The notes under the pieces are model-generated. The model was not told the origin of the DNA. It made no database searches and saw nothing but the letters and a program-made list of their open reading frames with translations. A program made the translations under genes and the position numbers. From NCBI RefSeq assembly GCF_009914755.1, contig NC_060942.1: a stretch of DNA of 64,000 nt; one strand, 5' to 3'. Positions 24,601 through 39,600 of the stretch are shown one piece after another; within the stretch, counting starts at the first letter, position 1; every line of letters starts with the position of its first letter. This stretch comes from the human T2T-CHM13v2.0 reference genome, Homo sapiens.

Positions 24601-27600
24601 ATTGAACCACCGTTTTGAAGGAGCAGTTTTGAAACACTCTTTTTCTGGAATCTGCAAGAGTATATTTGCCTAGCCTTGAGGATTTCGTTGGAAACGGGAT
24701 TGTCTTCAGAGAAAATCTAGACAGAAGCATTCTCAGAAACTTCTTTGGGATGTTTGCATTCAAGTCACAAAGTAGAACATTCCCTTTGGTAGAGCAGGTT
24801 TGAAACACTCTTTTTTTAGTATATGGAAGTGGACATTTGGAGCGCTTTCAGGCCTACGTTGGAAAAGGAAATATCTTCCCATAACAACTAGACAGAAGCA
24901 TTCTCAGAAACTAGTTTCTGATGTGTGTCCTCAACTAACACAGTTGAACATTTCTTTAGACAGAACAGTTTTGAAACACTCTTTTTGTGGAATCTGCAAG
25001 AGGCTATTTGGCTAGATTTGAGGATTTCGTTGGAAACGGGATTACATATAAAAAGCAGTCAGCAGCATTCTCAGAAAGTTCTTTGTGATGATTGCATTCA
25101 AGTCACAGAATTGAACATTCCCTTTCACAGAGCAGGTTTGAAACACTCTTTTTGTAGTGTGTGTAAGTGGACATTTGGAGCACTTACCGGCCTAAGGTGA
25201 AAAAGGAAATATCTTCCCATAAAAACTAGACAGAAGCATTCTCAGAAACTTACTCGTGATGTGTGTCCTCAACTAAAGGAGTAGAACCTTTCTTTTCATA
25301 GAGAAGTTTTGAAACGCTCTTTTTGTGGAATCTGCAAGTGGATATTTGGCTAGTTTTGAGGATTTCGTTGGAAGCGGGAATTCATACAAATTGCAGACTG
25401 CAGCGTTCTGAGAAACATCTTTGTGATGTTTGTATTCAGGACACAGAGTTGAACATTCCCTATCATAGAGCAGGTTGGAATCACTCCTTTTGTAGTATCT
25501 GGAAGTGGACATTTGGAGCGCTTTCAGGCCTATGTTGGAAAAGGAAATATCTTCCCATAACAACTAGACAGAAGCATTCTCAGAAACTTATTTGAGATGT
25601 GTGTACTCAACTAAGAGAATTGAACCACCGTTTTGAAGGAGCAGTTTTGAAACTCTCTTTTTCTGGAATCTGCAAGTGGATATTTGGCTAGCTTTGGGGA
25701 TTTCGCTGGAAGCGGGAATACATATAAAAAGCACACAGCAGCGTTCTGAGAAACTGCTTTCTGATGTTTGCATTCAAGTCAAAAGTTGAACACTCCCTTT
25801 CATAGAGCAGTCTTGAAACACCCGTTTTGTAGTATCTGGAACTGGACTTTTGGAGCGATTTCAGGGCTAAGGTGAAAAAGGAAATATCTTCCCATAAAAA
25901 CTGGACAGAAGCATTCTCAGAAACTTGTTTATGCTGTAACTACTCAACTAACAAAGTTGAACCTTTCTTTTGATAGAGCAGTTTTGAAATGGTCTTTTTG
26001 TGGAATCTGCAAGTGGATATTTGGCTAGTTTTGAGGATTTCGTTGGAAGCGGGAATTCATACAAATTGCAGACTGCAGCGTTCTGAGAAACATCTTTGTG
26101 ATGTTTGTATTCAGGACACAGAGTTGAACATTCCCTATCATAGAGCAGGTTGGAATCACTCCTTTTGTAGTATCTGGAAGTGGACATTTGGAGCGCTTTC
26201 AGGCCTATTTTGGAAAGGGAAATATCTTCCCGTAACAACTATGCAGAAGCATTCTCAGAAACTTGTTTGTGATGTGTGCCCTCTACTGACAGAGTTGAAC
26301 CTTTCTTTTCATAGAGCAGTTTTGAAACACTCTTTTTGTAGAATCTGCAAGAGGATATTTGCATAGCTTTGAGGATTTCGTGGGAAACGGGATTGTCTTC
26401 AGGTAAAATCTAGACAGAAGCATTCTCAGAAACTTCTTTGGGATGTTTGCATTCAAGTCACAGAGTAGAACATTCCCTTTGGTAGAGCAGGTTTGAAACA
26501 CTCTTTTTGTAGTATCTGGAAGTGGACATTTGGAGCGCTTTCAGGCCCATGTTGGAAAGGGAAATATCTTCCCGTAACAACTAGGCAGAAGCATTCTCAG
26601 AAACTTATTTGAGATGTGTGTACTCAACTAAGAGAATTGAACCACCGTTTTGAAGGAGCAGTTTTGAAACACTCTTTTTCTGGAATCTGCAAGAGTATAT
26701 TTGCCTAGCCATGAGGATTTCGTTGGAAACGGGATTGTCTTCAGAGAAAATCTAGACAGAAGCATTCTCAGAAACTTCTTTGGGATGTTTGCATTCAAGT
26801 CACAGAGTAGAACATTCCCTTTGGTAGAGCAGGTTTGAAACACTCTTTTTTTAGTATATGGAAGTGGACATTTGGAGCGCTTTCAGGCCTACGTTGGAAA
26901 AGGAAATATCTTCCCATAACAACTAGACAGAAGCATTCTCAGAAACTAGTTTCTGATGTGTGTCCTCAACTAACACAGTTGAACATTTCTTTAGACAGAA
27001 CAGTTTTGAAACACTCTTTTTGTGGAATCTGCAAGAGGCTATTTGGCTAGATTTGAGGATTTCGTTGGAAACGGGATTACATATAAAAAGCAGTCAGCAG
27101 CATTCTCAGAAAGTTCTTTGTGATGATTGCATTCAAGTCACAGAATTGAACATTCCCTTTCACAGAGCAGGTTTGAAACACTCTTTTTGTAGTGTGTGTA
27201 AGTGGACATTTGGAGCACTTACCGGCCTAAGGTGAAAAAGGAAATATCTTCCCATAAAAACTAGACAGAAGCATTCTCAGAAACTTACTCGTGATGTGTG
27301 TCCTCAACTAAAGGAGTAGAACCTTTCTTTTCATAGAGAAGTTTTGAAACGCTCTTTTTGTGGAATCTGCAAGTGGATATTTGGCTAGTTTTGAGGATTT
27401 CGTTGGAAGCGGGAATTCATACAAATTGCAGACTGCAGCGTTCTGAGAAACATCTTTGTGATGTTTGTATTCAGGACACAGAGTTGAACATTCCCTATCA
27501 TAGAGCAGGTTTGAATCACTCCTTTTGTAGTATCTGGAAGTGGACATTTGGAGCGCTTTCAGGCCTATGTTGGAAAAGGAAATATCTTCCCATAACAACT

Positions 27601-30600
27601 AGACAGAAGCATTCTCAGAAACTTATTTGAGATGTGTGTACTCAACTAAGAGAATTGAACCACCGTTTTGAAGGAGCAGTTTTGAAACTCTCTTTTTCTG
27701 GAATCTGCAAGTGGATATTTGGCTAGCTTTGGGGATTTCGCTGGAAGCGGGAATACATATAAAAAGCACACAGCAGCGTTCTGAGAAACTGCTTTCTGAT
27801 GTTTGCATTCAAGTCAAAAGTTGAACACTCCCTTTCATAGAGCAGTCCTGAAACACCCCTTTTGTAGTATCTGGAACTGGACTTTTGGAGCGATTTCAGG
27901 GCTAAGGTGAAAAAGGAAATATCTTCCCATAAAAACTGGACAGAAGCATTCTCAGAAACTTGTTTATGCTGTATCTACTCAACTAACAAAGTTGAACCTT
28001 TCTTTTGATAGAGCAGTTTTGAAATGGTCTTTTTGTGGAATCTGCAAGTGGATATTTGGCTAGTTTTGAGGATTTCGTTGGAAGCGGGAATTCATACAAA
28101 TTGCAGACTGCAGCGTTCTGAGAAACATCTTTGTGATGTTTGTATTCAGGACACAGAGTTGAACATTCCCTATCATAGAGCAGGTTGGAATCACTCCTTT
28201 TGTAGTATCTGGAAGTGGACATTTGGAGCGCTTTCAGGCCTATTTTGGAAAGGGAAATATCTTCCCGTAACAACTATGCAGAAGCATTCTCAGAAACTTG
28301 TTTGTGATGTGTGCCCTCTACTGACAGAGTTGAACCTTTCTTTTCATAGAGCAGTTTTGAAACACTCTTTTTGTAGAATCTGCAAGAGGATATTTGCATA
28401 GCTTTGAGGATTTCGTAGGAAACGGGATTGTCTTCAGGTAAAATCTAGACAGAAGCATTCTCAGAAACTTCTTTGGGATGTTTGCATTCAAGTCACAGAG
28501 TAGAACATTCCCTTTGGTAGAGCAGGTTTGAAACACTCTTTTTGTAGTATCTGGAAGTGGACATTTGGAGCGCTTTCAGGCCCATGTTGGAAAGGGAAAT
28601 ATCTTCCCGTAACAACTAGGCAGAAGCATTCTCAGAAACTTATTTGAGATGTGTGTACTCAACTAAGAGAATTGAACCACCGTTTTGAAGGAGCAGTTTT
28701 GAAACACTCTTTTTCTGGAATCTGCAAGAGTATATTTGCCTAGCCTTGAGGATTTCGTTGGAAACGGGATTGTCTTCAGAGAAAATCTAGACAGAAGCAT
28801 TCTCAGAAACTTCTTTGGGATGTTTGCATTCAAGTCACAGAGTAGAACATTCCCTTTGGTAGAGCAGGTTTGAAACACTCTTTTTTTAGTATATGGAAGT
28901 GGACATTTGGAGCGCTTTCAGGCCTACGTTGGAAAAGGAAATATCTTCCCATAACAACTAGACAGAAGCATTCTCAGAAACTAGTTTCTGATGTGTGTCC
29001 TCAACTAACACAGTTGAACATTTCTTTAGACAGAACAGTTTTGAAACACTCTTTTTGTGGAATCTGCAAGTGGCTATTTGGCTAGATTTGAGGATTTCGT
29101 TGGAAACGGGATTACATATAAAAAGCAGTCAGCAGCATTCTCAGAAAGTTCTTTGTGATGATTGCATTCAAGTCACAGAATTGAACATTCCCTTTCACAG
29201 AGCAGGTTTGAAACACTCTTTTTGTAGTGTGTGTAAGTGGACATTTGGAGCACTTACCGGCCTAAGGTGAAAAAGGAAATATCTTCCCATAAAAACTAGA
29301 CAGAAGCATTCTCAGAAACTTACTCGTGATGTGTGTCCTCAACTAAAGGAGTAGAACCTTTCTTTTCATAGAGAAGTTTTGAAACGCTCTTTTTGTGGAA
29401 TCTGCAAGTGGATATTTGGCTAGTTTTGAGGATTTCGTTGGAAGCGGGAATTCATACAAATTGCAGACTGCAGCGTTCTGAGAAACATCTTTGTGATGTT
29501 TGTATTCAGGACACAGAGTTGAACATTCCCTATCATAGAGCAGGTTGGAATCACTCCTTTTGTAGTATCTGGAAGTGGACATTTGGAGCGCTTTCAGGCC
29601 TATGTTGGAAAAGGAAATATCTTCCCATAACAACTAGACAGGAGCATTCTCAGAAACTTATTTGAGATGTGTGTACTCAACTAAGAGAATTGAACCACCG
29701 TTTTGAAGGAGCAGTTTTGAAACTCTCTTTTTCTGGAATCTGCAAGTGGATATTTGGCTAGCTTTGGGGATTTCGCTGGAAGCGGGAATACATATAAAAA
29801 GCACACAGCAGCGTTCTGAGAAACTGCTTTCTGATGTTTGCATTCAAGTCAAAAGTTGAACACTCCCTTTCATAGAGCAGTCTTGAAACACCCCTTTTGT
29901 AGTATCTGGAACTGGACTTTTGGAGCGATTTCAGGGCTAAGGTGAAAAAGGAAATATCTTCCCATAAAAACTGGACAGAAGCATTCTCAGAAACTTGTTT
30001 ATGCTGTATCTACTCAACTAACAAAGTTGAACCTTTCTTTTGATAGAGCAGTTTTGAAATGGTCTTTTTGTGGAATCTGCAAGTGGATATTTGGCTAGTT
30101 TTGAGGATTTCGTTGGAAGCGGGAATTCATACAAATTGCAGACTGCAGCGTTCTGAGAAACATCTTTGTGATGTTTGTATTCAGGACACAGAGTTGAACA
30201 TTCCCTATCATAGAGCAGGTTGGAATCACTCCTTTTGTAGTATCTGGAAGTGGACATTTGGAGCGCTTTCAGGCCTATTTTGGAAAGGGAAATATCTTCC
30301 CGTAACAACTATGCAGAAGCATTCTCAGAAACTTGTTTGTGATGTGTGCCCTCTACTGACAGAGTTGAACCTTTCTTTTCATAGAGCAGTTTTGAAACAC
30401 TCTTTTTGTAGAATCTGCAAGAGGATATTTGCATAGCTTTGAGGATTTCGTGGGAAACGGGATTGTCTTCAGGTAAAATCTAGACAGAAGCATTCTCAGA
30501 AACTTCTTTGGGATGTTTGCATTCAAGTCACAGAGTAGAACATTCCCTTTGGTAGAGCAGGTTTGAAACACTCTTTTTGTAGTATCTGGAAGTGGACATT

Positions 30601-33600
30601 TGGAGCGCTTTCAGGCCCATGTTGGAAAGGGAAATATCTTCCCGTAACAACTAGGCAGAAGCATTCTCAGAAACTTATTTGAGATGTGTGTACTCAACTA
30701 AGAGAATTGAACCACCGTTTTGAAGGAGCAGTTTTGAAACACTCTTTTTCTGGAATCTGCAAGAGTATATTTGCCTAGCCTTGAGGATTTCGTTGGAAAC
30801 GGGATTGTCTTCAGAGAAAATCTAGACAGAAGCATTCTCAGAAACTTCTTTGGGATGTTTGCATTCAAGTCACAGAGTAGAACATTCCCTTTGGTAGAGC
30901 AGGTTTGAAACACTCTTTTTTTAGTATATGGAAGTGGACATTTGGAGCGCTTTCAGGCCTACGTTGGAAAAGGAAATATCTTCCCATAACAACTAGACAG
31001 AAGCATTCTCAGAAACTAGTTTCTGATGTGTGTCCTCAACTAACACAGTTGAACATTTCTTTAGACAGAACAGTTTTGAAACACTCTTTTTGTGGAATCT
31101 GCAAGTGGCTATTTGGCTAGATTTGAGGATTTCGTTGGAAACGGGATTACATATAAAAAGCAGTCAGCAGCATTCTCAGAAAGTTCTTTGTGATGATTGC
31201 ATTCAAGTCACAGAATTGAACATTCCCTTTCACAGAGCAGGTTTGAAACACTCTTTTTGTAGTGTGTGTAAGTGGACATTTGGAGCACTTACCGGCCTAA
31301 GGTGAAAAAGGAAATATCTTCCCATAAAAACTAGACAGAAGCATTCTCAGAAACTTACTCGTGATGTGTGTCCTCAACTAAAGGAGTAGAACCTTTCTTT
31401 TCATAGAGAAGTTTTGAAACGCTCTTTTTGTGGAATCTGCAAGTGGATATTTGGCTAGTTTTGAGGATTTCGTTGGAAGCGGGAATTCATACAAATTGCA
31501 GACTGCAGCGTTCTGAGAAACATCTTTGTGATGTTTGTATTCAGGACACAGAGTTGAACATTCCCTATCATAGAGCAGGTTTGAATCACTCCTTTTGTAG
31601 TATCTGGAAGTGGACATTTGGAGCGCTTTCAGGCCTATGTTGGAAAAGGAAATATCTTCCCATAACAACTAGACAGAAGCATTCTCAGAAACTTATTTGA
31701 GATGTGTGTACTCAACTAAGAGAATTGAACCACCGTTTTGAAGGAGCAGTTTTGAAACTCTCTTTTTCTGGAATCTGCAAGTGGATATTTGGCTAGCTTT
31801 GGGGATTTCGCTGGAAGCGGGAATACATATAAAAAGCACACAGCAGCGTTCTGAGAAACTGCTTTCTGATGTTTGCATTCAAGTCAAAAGTTGAACACTC
31901 CCTTTCATAGAGCAGTCCTGAAACACCCCTTTTGTAGTATCTGGAACTGGACTTTTGGAGCGATTTCAGGGCTAAGGTGAAAAAGGAAATATCTTCCCAT
32001 AAAAACTGGACAGAAGCATTCTCAGAAACTTGTTTATGCTGTATCTACTCAACTAACAAAGTTGAACCTTTCTTTTGATAGAGCAGTTTTGAAATGGTCT
32101 TTTTGTGGAATCTGCAAGTGGATATTTGGCTAGTTTTGAGGATTTCGTTGGAAGCGGGAATTCATACAAATTGCAGACTGCAGCGTTCTGAGAAACATCT
32201 TTGTGATGTTTGTATTCAGGACACAGAGTTGAACATTCCCTATCATAGAGCAGGTTGGAATCACTCCTTTTGTAGTATCTGGAAGTGGACATTTGGAGCG
32301 CTTTCAGGCCTATTTTGGAAAGGGAAATATCTTCCCGTAACAACTATGCAGAAGCATTCTCAGAAACTTGTTTGTGATGTGTGCCCTCTACTGACAGAGT
32401 TGAACCTTTCTTTTCATAGAGCAGTTTTGAAACACTCTTTTTGTAGAATCTGCAAGAGGATATTTGCATAGCTTTGAGGATTTCGTGGGAAACGGGATTG
32501 TCTTCAGGTAAAATCTAGACAGAAGCATTCTCAGAAACTTCTTTGGGATGTTTGCATTCAAGTCACAGAGTAGAACATTCCCTTTGGTAGAGCAGGTTTG
32601 AAACACTCTTTTTGTAGTATCTGGAAGTGGACATTTGGAGCGCTTTCAGGCCCATGTTGGAAAGGGAAATATCTTCCCGTAACAACTAGGCAGAAGCATT
32701 CTCAGAAACTTATTTGAGATGTGTGTACTCAACTAAGAGAATTGAACCACCGTTTTGAAGGAGCAGTTTTGAAACACTCTTTTTCTGGAATCTGCAAGAG
32801 TATATTTGCCTAGCCATGAGGATTTCGTTGGAAACGGGATTGTCTTCAGAGAAAATCTAGACAGAAGCATTCTCAGAAACTTCTTTGGGATGTTTGCATT
32901 CAAGTCACAGAGTAGAACATTCCCTTTGGTAGAGCAGGTTTGAAACACTCTTTTTTTAGTATATGGAAGTGGACATTTGGAGCGCTTTCAGGCCTACGTT
33001 GGAAAAGGAAATATCTTCCCATAACAACTAGACAGAAGCATTCTCAGAAACTAGTTTCTGATGTGTGTCCTCAACTAACACAGTTGAACATTTCTTTAGA
33101 CAGAACAGTTTTGAAACACTCTTTTTGTGGAATCTGCAAGTGGCTATTTGGCTAGATTTGAGGATTTCGTTGGAAACGGGATTACATATAAAAAGCAGTC
33201 AGCAGCATTCTCAGAAAGTTCTTTGTGATGATTGCATTCAAGTCACAGAATTGAACATTCCCTTTCACAGAGCAGGTTTGAAACACTCTTTTTGTAGTGT
33301 GTGTAAGTGGACATTTGGAGCACTTACCGGCCTAAGGTGAAAAAGGAAATATCTTCCCATAAAAACTAGACAGAAGCATTCTCAGAAACTTACTCGTGAT
33401 ATGTGTCCTCAACTAAAGGAGTAGAACCTTTCTTTTCATAGAGAAGTTTTGAAACGCTCTTTTTGTGGAATCTGCAAGTGGATATTTGGCTAGTTTTGAG
33501 GATTTCGTTGGAAGCGGGAATTCATACAAATTGCAGACTGCAGCGTTCTGAGAAACATCTTTGTGATGTTTGTATTCAGGACACAGAGTTGAACATTCCC

Positions 33601-36600
33601 TATCATAGAGCAGGTTGGAATCACTCCTTTTGTAGTATCTGGAAGTGGACATTTGGAGCGCTTTCAGGCCTATGTTGGAAAAGGAAATATCTTCCCATAA
33701 CAACTAGACAGAAGCATTCTCAGAAACTTATTTGAGATGTGTGTACTCAACTAAGAGAATTGAACCACCGTTTTGAAGGAGCAGTTTTGAAACTCTCTTT
33801 TTCTGGAATCTGCAAGTGGATATTTGGCTAGCTTTGGGGATTTCGCTGGAAGCGGGAATACATATAAAAAGCACACAGCAGCGTTCTGAGAAACTGCTTT
33901 CTGATGTTTGCATTCAAGTCAAAAGTTGAACACTCCCTTTCATAGAGCAGTCCTGAAACACCCCTTTTGTAGTATCTGGAACTGGACTTTTGGAGCGATT
34001 TCAGGGCTAAGGTGAAAAAGGAAATATCTTCCCATAAAAACTGGACAGAAGCATTCTCAGAAACTTGTTTATGCTGTATCTACTCAACTAACAAAGTTGA
34101 ACCTTTCTTTTGATAGAGCAGTTTTGAAATGGTCTTTTTGTGGAATCTGCAAGTGGATATTTGGCTAGTTTTGAGGATTTCGTTGGAAGCGGGAATTCAT
34201 ACAAATTGCAGACTGCAGCGTTCTGAGAAACATCTTTGTGATGTTTGTATTCAGGACACAGAGTTGAACATTCCCTATCATAGAGCAGGTTGGAATCACT
34301 CCTTTTGTAGTATCTGGAAGTGGACATTTGGAGCGCTTTCAGGCCTATTTTGGAAAGGGAAATATCTTCCCGTAACAACTATGCAGAAGCATTCTCAGAA
34401 ACTTGTTTGTGATGTGTGCCCTCTACTGACAGAGTTGAACCTTTCTTTTCATAGAGCAGTTTTGAAACACTCTTTTTGTAGAATCTGCAAGAGGATATTT
34501 GCATAGCTTTGAGGATTTCGTGGGAAACGGGATTGTCTTCAGGTAAAATCTAGACAGAAGCATTCTCAGAAACTTCTTTGGGATGTTTGCATTCAAGTCA
34601 CAGAGTAGAACATTCCCTTTGGTAGAGCAGGTTTGAAACACTCTTTTTGTAGTATCTGGAAGTGGACATTTGGAGCGCTTTCAGGCCCATGTTGGAAAGG
34701 GAAATATCTTCCCGTAACAACTAGGCAGAAGCATTCTCAGAAACTTATTTGAGATGTGTGTACTCAACTAAGAGAATTGAACCACCGTTTTGAAGGAGCA
34801 GTTTTGAAACACTCTTTTTCTGGAATCTGCAAGAGTATATTTGCCTAGCCTTGAGGATTTCGTTGGAAACGGGATTGTCTTCAGAGAAAATCTAGACAGA
34901 AGCATTCTCAGAAACTTCTTTGGGATGTTTGCATTCAAGTCACAGAGTAGAACATTCCCTTTGGTAGAGCAGGTTTGAAACACTCTTTTTTTAGTATATG
35001 GAAGTGGACATTTGGAGCGCTTTCAGGCCTACGTTGGAAAAGGAAATATCTTCCCATAACAACTAGACAGAAGCATTCTCAGAAACTAGTTTCTGATGTG
35101 TGTCCTCAACTAACACAGTTGAACATTTCTTTAGACAGAACAGTTTTGAAACACTCTTTTTGTGGAATCTGCAAGTGGCTATTTGGCTAGATTTGAGGAT
35201 TTCGTTGGAAACGGGATTACATATAAAAAGCAGTCAGCAGCATTCTCAGAAAGTTCTTTGTGATGATTGCATTCAAGTCACAGAATTGAACATTCCCTTT
35301 CACAGAGCAGGTTTGAAACACTCTTTTTGTAGTGTGTGTAAGTGGACATTTGGAGCACTTACCGGCCTAAGGTGAAAAAGGAAATATCTTCCCATAAAAA
35401 CTAGACAGAAGCATTCTCAGAAACTTACTCGTGATGTGTGTCCTCAACTAAAGGAGTAGAACCTTTCTTTTCATAGAGAAGTTTTGAAACGCTCTTTTTG
35501 TGGAATCTGCAAGTGGATATTTGGCTAGTTTTGAGGATTTCGTTGGAAGCGGGAATTCATACAAATTGCAGACTGCAGCGTTCTGAGAAACATCTTTGTG
35601 ATGTTTGTATTCAGGACACAGAGTTGAACATTCCCTATCATAGAGCAGGTTGGAATCACTCCTTTTGTAGTATCTGGAAGTGGACATTTGGAGCGCTTTC
35701 AGGCCTATGTTGGAAAAGGAAATATCTTCCCATAACAACTAGACAGAAGCATTCTCAGAAACTTATTTGAGATGTGTGTACTCAACTAAGAGAATTGAAC
35801 CACCGTTTTGAAGGAGCAGTTTTGAAACTCTCTTTTTCTGGAATCTGCAAGTGGATATTTGGCTAGCTTTGGGGATTTCGCTGGAAGCGGGAATACATAT
35901 AAAAAGCACACAGCAGCGTTCTGAGAAACTGCTTTCTGATGTTTGCATTCAAGTCAAAAGTTGAACACTCCCTTTCATAGAGCAGTCTTGAAACACCCCT
36001 TTTGTAGTATCTGGAACTGGACTTTTGGAGCGATTTCAGGGCTAAGGTGAAAAAGGAAATATCTTCCCATAAAAACTGGACAGAAGCATTCTCAGAAACT
36101 TGTTTATGCTGTATCTACTCAACTAACAAAGTTGAACCTTTCTTTTGATAGAGCAGTTTTGAAATGGTCTTTTTGTGGAATCTGCAAGTGGATATTTGGC
36201 TAGTTTTGAGGATTTCGTTGGAAGCGGGAATTCATACAAATTGCAGACTGCAGCGTTCTGAGAAACATCTTTGTGATGTTTGTATTCAGGACACAGAGTT
36301 GAACATTCCCTATCATAGAGCAGGTTGGAATCACTCCTTTTGTAGTATCTGGAAGTGGACATTTGGAGCGCTTTCAGGCCTATTTTGGAAAGGGAAATAT
36401 CTTCCCGTAACAACTATGCAGAAGCATTCTCAGAAACTTGTTTGTGATGTGTGCCCTCTACTGACAGAGTTGAACCTTTCTTTTCATAGAGCAGTTTTGA
36501 AACACTCTTTTTGTAGAATCTGCAAGAGGATATTTGCATAGCTTTGAGGATTTCGTGGGAAACGGGATTGTCTTCAGGTAAAATCTAGACAGAAGCATTC

Positions 36601-39600
36601 TCAGAAACTTCTTTGGGATGTTTGCATTCAAGTCACAGAGTAGAACATTCCCTTTGGTAGAGCAGGTTTGAAACACTCTTTTTGTAGTATCTGGAAGTGG
36701 ACATTTGGAGCGCTTTCAGGCCCATGTTGGAAAGGGAAATATCTTCCCGTAACAACTAGGCAGAAGCATTCTCAGAAACTTATTTGAGATGTGTGTACTC
36801 AACTAAGAGAATTGAACCACCGTTTTGAAGGAGCAGTTTTGAAACACTCTTTTTCTGGAATCTGCAAGAGTATATTTGCCTAGCCTTGAGGATTTCGTTG
36901 GAAACGGGATTGTCTTCAGAGAAAATCTAGACAGAAGCATTCTCAGAAACTTCTTTGGGATGTTTGCATTCAAGTCACAGAGTAGAACATTCCCTTTGGT
37001 AGAGCAGGTTTGAAACACTCTTTTTGTAGTATCTGGAAGTGGACATTTGGAGCGCTTTCAGGCCTACGTTGGAAAAGGAAATATCTTCCCATAACAACTA
37101 GACAGAAGCATTCTCAGAAACTAGTTTCTGATGTGTGTCCTCAACTAACACAGTTGAACATTTCTTTAGACAGAACAGTTTTGAAACACTCTTTTTGTGG
37201 AATCTGCAAGTGGCTATTTGGCTAGATTTGAGGATTTCGTTGGAAACGGGATTACATATAAAAAGCAGTCAGCAGCATTCTCAGAAAGTTCTTTGTGATG
37301 ATTGCATTCAAGTCACAGAATTGAACATTCCCTTTCACAGAGCAGGTTTGAAACACTCTTTTTGTAGTGTGTGTAAGTGGACATTTGGAGCACTTACCGG
37401 CCTAAGGTGAAAAAGGAAATATCTTCCCATAAAAACTAGACAGAAGCATTCTCAGAAACTTACTCGTGATGTGTGTCCTCAACTAAAGGAGTAGAACCTT
37501 TCTTTTCATAGAGAAGTTTTGAAACGCTCTTTTTGTGGAATCTGCAAGTGGATATTTGGCTAGTTTTGAGGATTTCGTTGGAAGCGGGAATTCATACAAA
37601 TTGCAGACTGCAGCGTTCTGAGAAACATCTTTGTGATGTTTGTATTCAGGACACAGAGTTGAACATTCCCTATCATAGAGCAGGTTTGAATCACTCCTTT
37701 TGTAGTATCTGGAAGTGGACATTTGGAGCGCTTTCAGGCCTATGTTGGAAAAGGAAATATCTTCCCATAACAACTAGACAGAAGCATTCTCAGAAACTTA
37801 TTTGAGATGTGTGTACTCAACTAAGAGAATTGAACCACCGTTTTGAAGGAGCAGTTTTGAAACTCTCTTTTTCTGGAATCTGCAAGTGGATATTTGGCTA
37901 GCTTTGGGGATTTCGCTGGAAGCGGGAATACATATAAAAAGCACACAGCAGCGTTCTGAGAAACTGCTTTCTGATGTTTGCATTCAAGTCAAAAGTTGAA
38001 CACTCCCTTTCATAGAGCAGTCTTGAAACACCCGTTTTGTAGTATCTGGAACTGGACTTTTGGAGCGATTTCAGGGCTAAGGTGAAAAAGGAAATATCTT
38101 CCCATAAAAACTGGACAGAAGCATTCTCAGAAACTTGTTTATGCTGTATCTACTCAACTAACAAAGTTGAACCTTTCTTTTGATAGAGCAGTTTTGAAAT
38201 GGTCTTTTTGTGGAATCTGCAAGTGGATATTTGGCTAGTTTTGAGGATTTCGTTGGAAGCGGGAATTCATACAAATTGCAGACTGCAGCGTTCTGAGAAA
38301 CATCTTTGTGATGTTTGTATTCAGGACACAGAGTTGAACATTCCCTATCATAGAGCAGGTTGGAATCACTCCTTTTGTAGTATCTGGAAGTGGACATTTG
38401 GAGCGCTTTCAGGCCTATTTTGGAAAGGGAAATATCTTCCCGTAACAACTATGCAGAAGCATTCTCAGAAACTTGTTTGTGATGTGTGCCCTCTACTGAC
38501 AGAGTTGAACCTTTCTTTTCATAGAGCAGTTTTGAAACACTCTTTTTGTAGAATCTGCAAGAGGATATTTGCATAGCTTTGAGGATTTCGTGGGAAACGG
38601 GATTGTCTTCAGGTAAAATCTAGACAGAAGCATTCTCAGAAACTTCTTTGGGATGTTTGCATTCAAGTCACAGAGTAGAACATTCCCTTTGGTAGAGCAG
38701 GTTTGAAACACTCTTTTTGTAGTATCTGGAAGTGGACATTTGGAGCGCTTTCAGGCCCATGTTGGAAAGGGAAATATCTTCCCGTAACAACTAGGCAGAA
38801 GCATTCTCAGAAACTTATTTGAGATGTGTGTACTCAACTAAGAGAATTGAACCACCGTTTTGAAGGAGCAGTTTTGAAACACTCTTTTTCTGGAATCTGC
38901 AAGAGTATATTTGCCTAGCCTTGAGGATTTCGTTGGAAACGGGATTGTCTTCAGAGAAAATCTAGACAGAAGCATTCTCAGAAACTTCTTTGGGATGTTT
39001 GCATTCAAGTCACAGAGTAGAACATTCCCTTTGGTAGAGCAGGTTTGAAACACTCTTTTTTTAGTATATGGAAGTGGACATTTGGAGCGCTTTCAGGCCT
39101 ACGTTGGAAAAGGAAATATCTTCCCATAACAACTAGACAGAAGCATTCTCAGAAACTAGTTTCTGATGTGTGTCCTCAACTAACACAGTTGAACATTTCT
39201 TTAGACAGAACAGTTTTGAAACACTCTTTTTGTGGAATCTGCAAGTGGCTATTTGGCTAGATTTGAGGATTTCGTTGGAAACGGGATTACATATAAAAAG
39301 CAGTCAGCAGCATTCTCAGAAAGTTCTTTGTGATGATTGCATTCAAGTCACAGAATTGAACATTCCCTTTCACAGAGCAGGTTTGAAACACTCTTTTTGT
39401 AGTGTGTGTAAGTGGACATTTGGAGCACTTACCGGCCTAAGGTGAAAAAGGAAATATCTTCCCATAAAAACTAGACAGAAGCATTCTCAGAAACTTACTC
39501 GTGATGTGTGTCCTCAACTAAAGGAGTAGAACCTTTCTTTTCATAGAGAAGTTTTGAAACGCTCTTTTTGTGGAATCTGCAAGTGGATATTTGGCTAGTT

